Part shown: positions 24,299-32,000 of the stretch, one piece after another
How positions within the stretch are numbered: position 1 is the first letter of the stretch
How the letters are laid out: every line of letters begins with the position of its first letter
NCBI GenBank assembly: GCA_001897305.1
Contig: MKSO01000001.1
Span: 480,001 to 512,000, forward strand
DNA length: 32,000 bases
Reading direction: 5' to 3'
DNA from: Candidatus Saccharimonadota bacterium
GTDB lineage: Bacteria; Patescibacteriota; Saccharimonadia; Saccharimonadales; Saccharimonadaceae
Made by a program: the position numbers and the translations under genes
Notes under the pieces: model-generated
The model's input: only the letters and a program-made list of their open reading frames with translations
What the model was told of the DNA's origin: nothing
Database searches by the model: none

Positions 24299-24970
24299 CT
24301 ACATCACCACGCGTCGTGGTTGTTTCACCCGGTTTTGACTTTGCGGAATAATCATTTTAGCAGCTCGCTCACGCAAACTAAGAGCCAAGTCAGTATCACC
24401 GATACGGTCGTAAGCATCCGCCAAAATAGTCAGCGTCTGTGGAATAGGGTCTAGTTCAACCGCTTTTTCAAGCGCTTCAATCATGCGTTTGTTATTGCCT
24501 AGCTTTTCTTGCACTTTCGCGTAAGCTATGTGACGGGCGGCGTGCTCGCTATCCATAGCCAGAGCCTGTTCAAAGGCAAGCGCAGCCTTATCGTAGTTTT
24601 GCGTTTCGAAGTAAATGAGGCCGACGTTATGGAGGCTACTGGCACTTGGCTCAAGGCTTTGGGCAATTTCAAAACACTCAATTGCCTCTTTAAATTGCTG
24701 CTGCTTGGCGTATAAAATACCTAAACGGTTATAGGCGCTGGCGTTGCGTTCATCGACACGCAAAATAGTCAGCAGCGCTTTTTCGGCCCGTAGATACTTA
24801 CGATCCTGTAATGAGGTCTGAGCAATGGACCACAGTTGATCCAATTTATCAGATAATTTCGAAGAAAGATCACTAGCCACTTCACCAACCGTTTGTTTTT
24901 GGTAAAGCGCCCAGATACCTAAAATAGCAATAACAACAAGACCTAGCATGTTCTTATTAGTATACCACAA
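24299..24970 (-). CDS. TPR-repeat protein with an N-terminal membrane anchor
   Basis: 223 aa. One TM (LGLVVIAILGIWALY) followed by several TPR-like repeats (A..YN.LG..Y). The start is uncertain: TTG 24970 or ATG 24949. Confidence 0.7.
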   Translation of the reverse strand: MWYTNKNMLGLVVIAILGIWALYQKQTVGEVASDLSSKLSDKLDQLWSIAQTSLQDRKYLRAEKALLTILRVDERNASAYNRLGILYAKQQQFKEAIECFEIAQSLEPSASSLHNVGLIYFETQNYDKAALAFEQALAMDSEHAARHIAYAKVQEKLGNNKRMIEALEKAVELDPIPQTLTILADAYDRIGDTDLALSLRERAAKMIIPQSQNRVKQPRRVVM

Positions 24971-24975
24971 ACACG

Positions 24976-25809
24976 TTATGTAGCGACAGCCACTGCACTC
25001 AACTGCAAGCGTACGTTGCCTTGTTCGCTAATACGGCGGTGTGCCTGCTCGAAACGCTCTAACACGCGCAAAGAGCTTTCCGAACCTTTTTCGGCTACCG
25101 TTCTTCGCAGGAGTTTCATGGCGTCCTCTAGAAGCAACAGTGCTGTACTGCGGTCATCCTTGTATTTTTTAGCCAAAAGTAGCTTTTGATAAGAAGATTC
25201 GCTTAATAATGAACGCGCATCTTTAATAATGGCAACCCTTGATGCAAAGTAGTCGCTATCCTTAATAAGCCGTATAAGCTCAGCTGGGCGTCCGCTAGCG
25301 ATAAAGAGGAGCTGCGTGCGAATTGTTGGGTCGTTCACGGCGTATTCATCAAGCAGTGCTTCAGACTGCTGGGGGGATATAGGTCGGATATCAACCCTTT
25401 GAGAACGTGAGGTAATTGTCGGCAAAAGAAGTTCCGGTTTATGGCTTAATAGCACAAACGTCGTGCCAGCAATGGGTTCTTCGAGTAACTTTAGAAAGGC
25501 ATTTTGAGCCGGAATAGCCATCCGCTCCGCATAATCAATTACAATCACCCGACCTTTTGGCTCAATGGTTTTAGTACTATCGTACAGGCGACGAATACTA
25601 TCAACGGTAATCGTCCCAGCCACAAGATCAACCGTATCATTTTTTTCTGGCAATACTACCCAAACAGTAGGGGCAATATCGTTGGCGTACGCCTTACCAA
25701 TTGTCGATAGACCAATACCCTCTGGACCAGTAAGTAACAGTGCGTGCGGAGCTGCTTTGCGGATGCTCTGTAATTCTCGCTCAGATTGGGCATTGATATA
25801 CAGGGTCAC
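24976..25809 (-). CDS. holB: DNA polymerase III delta' subunit-like AAA+ protein
   Basis: 277 aa. LLLTGPEGIGLST P-loop-like segment and SRSQ sensor. GTG start overlaps the upstream stop (GTGA). Confidence 0.75.
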   Translation of the reverse strand: MTLYINAQSERELQSIRKAAPHALLLTGPEGIGLSTIGKAYANDIAPTVWVVLPEKNDTVDLVAGTITVDSIRRLYDSTKTIEPKGRVIVIDYAERMAIPAQNAFLKLLEEPIAGTTFVLLSHKPELLLPTITSRSQRVDIRPISPQQSEALLDEYAVNDPTIRTQLLFIASGRPAELIRLIKDSDYFASRVAIIKDARSLLSESSYQKLLLAKKYKDDRSTALLLLEDAMKLLRRTVAEKGSESSLRVLERFEQAHRRISEQGNVRLQLSAVAVAT

Positions 25810-26972
25810 TGCACCATTTCCTCGAATAGCGATGGCACCGGTGCTGTGAAAGTATGACGGTGAGAACCCGGCAAGGTAAGCTCTAGGCTATGAGCATGAA
25901 GACATAAGCGAGGTGCCGATTGTGCCGAACCGTATACCCTATCACCTGCAATAGGAGTATGGATATACTGCATGTGAACACGTAGTTGGTGGGTGCGTCC
26001 AGTTTTAGGACGAAGCTCAACCAGTGTTTGCTTGCCATTTGATGACATAACCTCATACGAAGTAAGAGCTGGCTTACCTTTTGGATCAACCCTAAAAGTA
26101 CTGGGCGCCGAAGGATTTCGAGCAATCGGCACGTCTATAATAGCCTTTTCAAGCTTTGGCACACCGTCAACGACGGCCGTATAGTGCTTTTTGACTGTAC
26201 GATCAGCAAATTGCTTCTTTAATAGCGCGGCCGCTTCGTCAGTACGAGCACCGATAATAACTCCGCTGGTATCACGGTCTAGGCGGTGAACGATGCCCGG
26301 GCGGTTAGTTGTAATACCAAATGTAGTATACCGACGGAAGAAATCTGCAACGGTAAACTCGTCATTCATTACTCCCTTACTGTGGGTGAGCACTCCGGCT
26401 GGTTTATTTACGACAATCACATTGTCGTCGATGTACAAAATAGGCAATGTATCACCAGAGGTGTCTTGCTTCTCTGGGAGGGTCAGGGCTATTGTTGCCA
26501 TATCACTAACATCAGTACTGGCTTTAGTGACCGTTTCACCAGCTACCTGAACGTAGCCGGCTTTAATATACTTTTGAATGGTAGAGCGTGATAAATCAGG
26601 GTAACGAGCAGCCAGCTCTTTATCAAGGCGAACAAAGGTTGGCTCAACTTGAAATAAGTACGTATCACGAAATTTATGTCGTATACCGAAAGTAATAAAA
26701 TCGTTTTCACGAGGGTTGCGTAAAAAACGGCCTTTTAGGCCTGGACGACCAGAGCTAAGAATTTCTTGCAAAGGCACTGTGTCATCATCGATCGTGTTAT
26801 CTATGATCGCTAAATACACGGCATTATCAAACTGAATGGTCAGCTGGCGCGTAGCAGCCCTGAGTGACGTCTCTTTGACAGATTCAATATCGGCTGAGGT
26901 ATGTACTTCACCAGCAACCTCAAAGTCACGGAGAATTGCTAAAGCTTCACGTTTTAGGTTTTTTGTTGCCAT
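25806..26972 (-). CDS. RluA-family pseudouridine synthase with an S4 domain and a ~110-aa N-terminal extension
   Basis: HRLDRDTSGVII catalytic motif, S4-like LSRSTIQKYIKAGYVQV. TGA stop. Confidence 0.85.
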   Translation of the reverse strand: MATKNLKREALAILRDFEVAGEVHTSADIESVKETSLRAATRQLTIQFDNAVYLAIIDNTIDDDTVPLQEILSSGRPGLKGRFLRNPRENDFITFGIRHKFRDTYLFQVEPTFVRLDKELAARYPDLSRSTIQKYIKAGYVQVAGETVTKASTDVSDMATIALTLPEKQDTSGDTLPILYIDDNVIVVNKPAGVLTHSKGVMNDEFTVADFFRRYTTFGITTNRPGIVHRLDRDTSGVIIGARTDEAAALLKKQFADRTVKKHYTAVVDGVPKLEKAIIDVPIARNPSAPSTFRVDPKGKPALTSYEVMSSNGKQTLVELRPKTGRTHQLRVHMQYIHTPIAGDRVYGSAQSAPRLCLHAHSLELTLPGSHRHTFTAPVPSLFEEMVQ

Positions 26973-27067
26973 ATAGCCTTATTATACCTTAAAGCACTCG
27001 AAACACCGCACTGCCAACACCTTACATACATTCTTATATAATTGACTTTTTAATGTAAATATGATAA

Positions 27068-27079
27068 TATAATACTATA
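27068..27079 (+). promoter_or_regulatory. -10 box abutting the FHA-PP2C start (predicted leaderless)
   Basis: TATAAT (27068-27073), then actata (6 nt), then ATG 27080. TTGACT lies upstream at 27042-27047. Confidence 0.5.
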
Positions 27080-28444
27080 ATGACTTCGTTTAACGAGCGT
27101 GAAGGTGCGGACCCTATCCAAGCTACCCAGCAGCGCCTTCTTAATGATGCTTCGTCCGCAGAATGGCGGCGTATGGCACCTGGCTTTGTCGAACAGACCC
27201 AATTAGACGGCCGCTTGCCTCTATTTATAAATCTTGGACGAAGAGTTCTCTCTTCTGTGGCAGAGCCAGAGATGCTTGCTATTATCAACCCAGCGATACA
27301 CCTTTCAACTACGGAAAGGATAGGTCTTAACCCTGACGTTTCAACACTTCTTATTCAACCTTCTTCATTTAATCCTCTTACCGAACGCGGATACAAAGCG
27401 CTACGACCTGGCGACACCTTCGTCTTAGGGCGTCGATACAATACCGCCCCTTATTTAAAGCGTTTTTCAGACTTTGGCACACCCGTTTCAAGACATCATC
27501 TTGAAATAGGCTTAGGCGAAGACGGTTTAATATCACTCCAGGATCTTGGCTCAACCAATGGGTCATACATAGGAGAAAAGCCATACACTCCTTTATCCCC
27601 TTTTGCAGAAACCCCATCCATAAGCCAAGAGTTTCAAACCACACTCGAGATTAGTTCCCACGCACACTCAATTGCCTCGGAAAGACACCCTTTGCGAAAC
27701 GAGGACGCCTTTTTCCGCGACGATGAAACGCAGGTATATGGCGTCTTTGACGGCGTGAGTGAAGGCGGAGGTGGCGATAGGGCGTCAGCAATTGCCGCTT
27801 CTATACTAGAAGCCGAGTCCGCCTCCTTACCATCATCAGCTTCACCTAGGGAAATGGGTGTATACATGAAAGCTATACTACAAAAAGCAAACGCTGCCAT
27901 CCTCGAGCAACGTCACACCCCATCTATGGGCTCAACCGCAGTCATCTTGAAAGTACATACCAGCCGAGACGGCAAAAGCCGCATTGCTACTATAGCCTCC
28001 TCGGGTGATAGCCGAGCCTATATTTTTCGAGACGGAAGACTAGGGGCTATAACAACCGATCATGATGCCTACCGTGCCAGTCACGACAAAGAAGATTCTA
28101 AAATTCACCAAGAGAAACTCGCGGCTACGGAATCAATTAAGGCCCTGGTCGATGAAAGAGATCAGATGGATTTTAATTTCCGAAACCTTATTTCATCAAA
28201 ACTCGGTATGCAAAATGTGCCCATGGATATTGAATATGCCGTTATTGAACCGGGCGATATTCTCGTTCTTTCGACAGACGGCGTACACGACAACTTAAGT
28301 ACTGAAGAAATCCGAAGAATACTCCTAGGTGCTCGAAAAGGCAAAGCAGCCGAAGACTTAGTGTCATTCGCCAAGCGTCGCTCGTTAGACGCGCATGATC
28401 GCGCCAAACCCGACGACATGACAGCGCTTGTTGTCGAGCTGTAG
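27080..28444 (+). CDS. FHA-domain / PP2C Ser/Thr phosphatase fusion protein
   Basis: 454 aa. FHA: GRRYN...VSRHHLEI...LQDLGSTNGSYI. PP2C: NEDAF...GVFDGVSEGGGG, STDGVHDNL, DDMTALVV. Confidence 0.85.
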   Translation: MTSFNEREGADPIQATQQRLLNDASSAEWRRMAPGFVEQTQLDGRLPLFINLGRRVLSSVAEPEMLAIINPAIHLSTTERIGLNPDVSTLLIQPSSFNPLTERGYKALRPGDTFVLGRRYNTAPYLKRFSDFGTPVSRHHLEIGLGEDGLISLQDLGSTNGSYIGEKPYTPLSPFAETPSISQEFQTTLEISSHAHSIASERHPLRNEDAFFRDDETQVYGVFDGVSEGGGGDRASAIAASILEAESASLPSSASPREMGVYMKAILQKANAAILEQRHTPSMGSTAVILKVHTSRDGKSRIATIASSGDSRAYIFRDGRLGAITTDHDAYRASHDKEDSKIHQEKLAATESIKALVDERDQMDFNFRNLISSKLGMQNVPMDIEYAVIEPGDILVLSTDGVHDNLSTEEIRRILLGARKGKAAEDLVSFAKRRSLDAHDRAKPDDMTALVVEL

Positions 28445-28455
28445 CTTAAAGAAAA

Positions 28456-28485
28456 CAAAAACCCTCCATACTCGGAGGGTTTTTG
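28456..28485. terminator. bidirectional intrinsic terminator between the PP2C gene and rpsI
   Basis: AAAAACCCTCC-atactc-GGAGGGTTTTT. Confidence 0.65.
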
Positions 28486-28504
28486 ATGCGAATCTCGAGC
28501 GGTA

Positions 28505-28903
28505 TTAACGCTTCGAGAATTGTTCGCGCTTACGAGCCGATCGGAGACCGTACTTCTTGCGCTCTTTCTCACGTGAATCACGCTTAAGAAGTTCTGCCTT
28601 CTTCAAGGTTGAACGAAGGTCAGAGTGCGCAGTGGTAAGTGCCTTAGCAATAGCAAGCTTGATGGCGTCAACTTGACCGGCTACACCACCGCCTTGTACG
28701 CGGATAGTAACATCAAACTCTTTTTGCTTGTTTACAAGCGCCAGAGGGTCGGTAATTTCGGCAAGCAGTGTTTTGTTACCAGCAAGGTAGTCGGCAGCTG
28801 GCTTGTCGTTAATAGTTACCGTACCTTTACCCTTGTAAAGGCGTGCTCGAGCGGTAGCGCTCTTGCGGCGTCCGAGGCCGTAGAAGTAACTTGCGTCAGC
28901 CAT
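28505..28903 (-). CDS. rpsI: 30S ribosomal protein uS9
   Basis: 132 aa. GRRKSATARARL...GGGVAGQVDAIKLAIAKAL...KYGLRSARKREQFSKR. Confidence 0.95.
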   Translation of the reverse strand: MADASYFYGLGRRKSATARARLYKGKGTVTINDKPAADYLAGNKTLLAEITDPLALVNKQKEFDVTIRVQGGGVAGQVDAIKLAIAKALTTAHSDLRSTLKKAELLKRDSREKERKKYGLRSARKREQFSKR

Positions 28904-28904
28904 A

Positions 28905-29345
28905 CTACTTTACCTCAATTTTTTTAGGTTGCTGTGCGGTGTGAGCGTGCTCGGCACCTGGGAAGACCTTCAAACGAGCTATACGCTCAGCTGAAAGCTT
29001 GTTCTTTGGAAGCATACCTTGGACAGCTTTTTCGATGATTCGTTCTGGGAACTTTTCACGAACTTCTGCAAGGGTAGCATCCTTGATTCCACCAGGGAAT
29101 CCACTGTGACGGTAGTAAATTTTACCAGTCTCTTTGTTACCAGTAACTACCAGTTTTTCGGCGTTTATAACAACAACGTAGTCGCCAGCGTCAACGTGTG
29201 GCGTGTAGGTAGGCTTGCTCTTACCGATAAGCTTGTCAGCAACGATAGTAGCAATACGGCCGAGCGGAAGCTCGGTAGCGTCCACCAAGTACCACTCACG
29301 AGTTACGTCAGCAGGTTTTTGGCTGAAAGTTTTAGCGTTAACCAT
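28905..29345 (-). CDS. rplM: 50S ribosomal protein uL13
   Basis: 146 aa. REWYLVDA...LGRIAT..A..L.GK.KP.YTPHVD.GD.VVVINA. Confidence 0.95.
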   Translation of the reverse strand: MVNAKTFSQKPADVTREWYLVDATELPLGRIATIVADKLIGKSKPTYTPHVDAGDYVVVINAEKLVVTGNKETGKIYYRHSGFPGGIKDATLAEVREKFPERIIEKAVQGMLPKNKLSAERIARLKVFPGAEHAHTAQQPKKIEVK

Positions 29346-29731
29346 TACTTAGCCTCCTTTGCGACTTCGCTGATTTCATCAACGAAAGCAATAGTTGCAA
29401 GTTGTGCGCCATCACCAACTCGAAGACGGGTACGTTCTACACGAACGTGGCCACTGGTACGACCCGTAAGCTGAGGAGCGATAACGTCAACAAGACGGAA
29501 GGCTGCAGCTTGGGTTGAAAGGCCGGCAATAACCGCACGGCGGTTAGCGAGGTCACCCTTCTTAGCTTTAGTAATGAGTTTTTCAATATAACGGACGAGT
29601 TCTTTGGCTTTTGGAAGCGTGGTCTCGATCTTACCGTGCTCTACGAGGCTTGTTGCCAAACCTTTGATGAGCGCGCGGCGTTGATCGCGTTCGCGGCCAA
29701 ACTTACGTCCTTGGTATCCGTGTCGATGCAT
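29345..29731 (-). CDS. rplQ: 50S ribosomal protein bL17
   Basis: 128 aa. [38 protein letters not shown]. The stop overlaps the rplM ATG. Confidence 0.9.
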   Translation of the reverse strand: MHRHGYQGRKFGRERDQRRALIKGLATSLVEHGKIETTLPKAKELVRYIEKLITKAKKGDLANRRAVIAGLSTQAAAFRLVDVIAPQLTGRTSGHVRVERTRLRVGDGAQLATIAFVDEISEVAKEAK

Positions 29732-29733
29732 CT

Positions 29734-30657
29734 CTAGACGTCCAATTCTGCCAATTTATCTTTGACTTCATCGAGCGCCTTGCTACCAAAGCCCTTCAAC
29801 TCGCGAAGATCCTGCTCGCTTAACGTGACGAGGTCACGAACGGTGCGGATTTCGTTGTTGATGAGCGCGTTGGCGGTGCGGGCACTCAGGTTTAATTCTT
29901 CAATAGGGGTGTTGAGCTCGTTGCCTTCGTCAACCAATTCTTGGCCGAGTGCAGGAGCGGCTTCAACAGTAGTGCTACCAGCAAGTGCAGTGTATTGGTT
30001 TACCAAAATAGCAGCAGCTTCTTCAAACGCTTCACGTGGGCTGATTGAGCCGTCGGTTTCAACGTTTACCTGGAGCTTATCAAGGTTGGTCTCTTGACCA
30101 ACACGAGTTGCGTCAACCTTGTAACGTACACGAAGGACAGGGCTAAACATTGCATCCAAGGCGATCATGTCGCTGTGGAGGCGGTTTACGCTAGCGTCTT
30201 CGATGGTTTGATACCCGCGACCAGCTTCAACAACGAGGTCAATAACGACAGACTTCTTTGGATCATCGATTGTAGCGATGATTTGGTCTGGGTTAATAAC
30301 TTCAACGTCGGCAGTAGTTTTGATGTCGGCAGCAGTAATAGCGCCGGCACCCTTCTTCTCGATACGGAGCTCAACCGGCTCGTCTGAAGAAGATTTTACA
30401 CGTACGTTCTTGAGGTTAAGCATGATGTCAACGACATCTTCTTTAATACCATCAACGGTTGTGAATTCGTGGCTTGCACCTTCAATACGGAAGGCGACAA
30501 TTGCTGCACCCTTCACGCTTGATAAAAGCACGCGACGGAGGCTGTTACCGAGGGTGTTACCATAGCCGGCTTGAAGCGGCTCAATAACGAACGATGCACT
30601 ATTTGCACCAGTTTCTTCAACTGCGGCAAGTGCTGGGTTGTGAATAACTTTTGACAT
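29734..30657 (-). CDS. rpoA: DNA-directed RNA polymerase alpha subunit
   Basis: 307 aa. GNTLGNSLRRVLLSS N-terminal domain and C-terminal-domain LNLSARTANAL...I.TV.DL. AGGAG SD. Confidence 0.95.
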   Translation of the reverse strand: MSKVIHNPALAAVEETGANSASFVIEPLQAGYGNTLGNSLRRVLLSSVKGAAIVAFRIEGASHEFTTVDGIKEDVVDIMLNLKNVRVKSSSDEPVELRIEKKGAGAITAADIKTTADVEVINPDQIIATIDDPKKSVVIDLVVEAGRGYQTIEDASVNRLHSDMIALDAMFSPVLRVRYKVDATRVGQETNLDKLQVNVETDGSISPREAFEEAAAILVNQYTALAGSTTVEAAPALGQELVDEGNELNTPIEELNLSARTANALINNEIRTVRDLVTLSEQDLRELKGFGSKALDEVKDKLAELDV

Positions 30658-30675
30658 ATCTTATCTCTCCTTACC

Positions 30676-31293
30676 CTATCGTGAGTAGTACTCAACAATT
30701 AATTGCTCGTTAATGTCTGCTTCAGCTTCTTCGCGCTTTGGAGCGCCGGTAATTGAAATAGTCATTTTCTTGGCGTCGCTTTTTAGCCAGCTAAGTGAAC
30801 CCTGAGTGCTTGCCTTTACAACATCGTCAAGAGTGGTAAAGTAACCAGACTTTTGGCTCTTTGGGCGAACAACCAGTTCGTCACCAGCTTTTAAGCGGAT
30901 TGATGGAATATCGACACGACGACCGTTTAGCATGAAGTGTCCATGTCCAACGAGTTGCCTTGCAGCACGACGACTAGTAGCAAAACCAGCACGGTACACT
31001 GCGTTGTCGATACGTTGCTCGAGCATACGAAGAAGGTTCTCACCAGTTAGACCTGGTTGACGAGTAGCTTCATTCATAAGCTTAGCGAATTGCTTTTCAA
31101 GAAGACCGTACAAACGACGAACCTTCTGCTTTTCACGAAGTTGTGTCAGGTAAAGACTTGGCTTACCTTGACGGCCGTGGGCGTGAACACCAGGAATACC
31201 ACTCTTACGAGCCATAATCTTGTGCGCCTTAGGGTGAAGTGCATAGCCTTCACGACGGCTTTGTTTAACGATAGGTGAATTATCTCGTGCCAT
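30676..31293 (-). CDS. rpsD: 30S ribosomal protein uS4
   Basis: 205 aa. YL.QLREKQKVRR.YG..E.QF and an S4 domain. Confidence 0.95.
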   Translation of the reverse strand: MARDNSPIVKQSRREGYALHPKAHKIMARKSGIPGVHAHGRQGKPSLYLTQLREKQKVRRLYGLLEKQFAKLMNEATRQPGLTGENLLRMLEQRIDNAVYRAGFATSRRAARQLVGHGHFMLNGRRVDIPSIRLKAGDELVVRPKSQKSGYFTTLDDVVKASTQGSLSWLKSDAKKMTISITGAPKREEAEADINEQLIVEYYSR

Positions 31294-31296
31294 AGC

Positions 31297-31692
31297 CTAT
31301 CCCCTTCGCACCTTACGTGGGCGTACGCCACCGTGTGGCACGCCAGTTACTTCTTTAATGCTATCGATGTTAATGTCAAACCCGTTCAACGCACGAATGG
31401 CTGAATCACGGCCTTGGCCAACACCTTTAACAAATACGTCAACCGACTTTAGGCCAAAGCCCTTAGCGGTTTCGGCTGCCTTTTCAGCAGCAACTTGGGC
31501 TGCATATGCAGTACCCTTTTTGCTTCCACGGAAACCAACTGCACCAGCACTACTTTGTGAAATAACGTTACCCTTCTTGTCAGAAAAGCTCACAATAGTA
31601 TTGTTGAAGGTTGCTTGAACGTGAAGTTGACCAGCGGGAACTGATCGCTTTTGCTTCTTTTTTGATGAAGCGCGTGATGTAGAATCTGCCAT
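31297..31692 (-). CDS. rpsK: 30S ribosomal protein uS11
   Basis: 131 aa. HVQATFNNTIVSFSD..GN...SSAG..GF.GS.K.T.YAAQ. Confidence 0.95.
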   Translation of the reverse strand: MADSTSRASSKKKQKRSVPAGQLHVQATFNNTIVSFSDKKGNVISQSSAGAVGFRGSKKGTAYAAQVAAEKAAETAKGFGLKSVDVFVKGVGQGRDSAIRALNGFDINIDSIKEVTGVPHGGVRPRKVRRG

Positions 31693-31707
31693 CTAATCGG
31701 TTCCTTT

Positions 31708-32000
31708 CTAGGTCTTACTTGCTGCTTTAGGTTGAGCACCACCAACGGCGATCGCGCGACCCTTACGAGTTCGTGCATTCGTACGTGTACGCTGACCGTT
31801 TACCGGCAGACCCGCCTTGTGGCGAAGACCGCGGTACGCGTTGATGTCTTTCAAACGTTTGATATTGTTAGTTACGAGACGCTGGAGGTCGCCCTCTACG
31901 GTGTAATCGGCGTCGATTACTTCGCGTAGTCGCTGTTCTTCAGCCTCGGTGAGATCTTTCACCCGAGTGGTCGGCTCAACTTTTGCCGCCGCAAGGATGT
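31708..32000 (-). CDS. rpsM: 30S ribosomal protein uS13, 5' end beyond the window
   Basis: The frame stays open upstream of the track's internal GTG (…[24 protein letters not shown]...[22 protein letters not shown]). The N-terminal ~25 aa are missing. Confidence 0.9.
   Translation of the reverse strand, partial: ILAAAKVEPTTRVKDLTEAEEQRLREVIDADYTVEGDLQRLVTNNIKRLKDINAYRGLRHKAGLPVNGQRTRTNARTRKGRAIAVGGAQPKAASKT

Noticed and set aside
27034-27288. Track ORF of 84 aa (minus strand) spanning the FHA-PP2C promoter and start
   Set aside because: It overlaps a well-supported promoter and CDS on the other strand, and its composition is Arg/Ser-rich, typical of an antisense frame.
1-32000. CRISPR arrays, prophage or integrase genes, toxin-antitoxin pairs, restriction-modification or other known defence operons, rRNA genes
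   Set aside because: I could find no spaced direct-repeat array, and no integrase, transposase, capsid or terminase-like ORF. No ORF has recognisable defence-system motifs. The only selfish-type elements seen are the two free-standing nucleases and the group I intron.

Overview
The window reads like a compact, moderately AT-rich bacterial genome with tiny intergenic gaps. Its content is phosphoketolase plus acetate kinase, a glycogen-synthase-like/GH57/GH15 alpha-glucan cluster, NDH-2, ClpC, four tRNAs, and the rpsM-rpsK-rpsD-rpoA-rplQ-rplM-rpsI block. This fits a Saccharibacteria/Patescibacteria-like organism, which is inference only.

I see no CRISPR array, prophage, rRNA or recognisable defence operon. 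The points most worth a second look are:

1. A tRNA-Thr(GGU) gene is split after the anticodon by a ~194-nt ORF-less group I intron. A free-standing LAGLIDADG-like nuclease gene abuts and overlaps the tRNA 5' end. An HNH nuclease overlaps tRNA-Trp in the same way.
2. Three otherwise full-length genes carry a single in-frame stop, one of each kind. SemiSWEET has TAG at the Q of its PQ motif, a membrane GT2 has TGA at a conserved Gly, and CorA has TAA at codon 15. There is also a GNAT remnant. Most of these lie in a lower-GC accessory stretch at about 6.1-9.6 kb. All three stop codons also terminate intact genes here, so gene decay is more likely than recoding.
3. Many genes start 6 nt (sometimes 7-8 nt) after an extended -10 box and have no Shine-Dalgarno sequence. 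This implies leaderless mRNAs. In two cases the box is fused to the U-tract of the upstream terminator.
4. Candidate operators: a TGTGA-N6-TCACA site at a class-II position upstream of ackA-xfp, and a 16-bp perfect inverted repeat plus a third half-site over the clpC promoter.
5. A copy of the tRNA-Trp 3' end lies 3.07 kb from the tRNA and brackets clpC.
6. An unannotated 30-aa very basic ORF has its own promoter and terminator.

All calls come from manual reading. No database or covariance-model search was possible.
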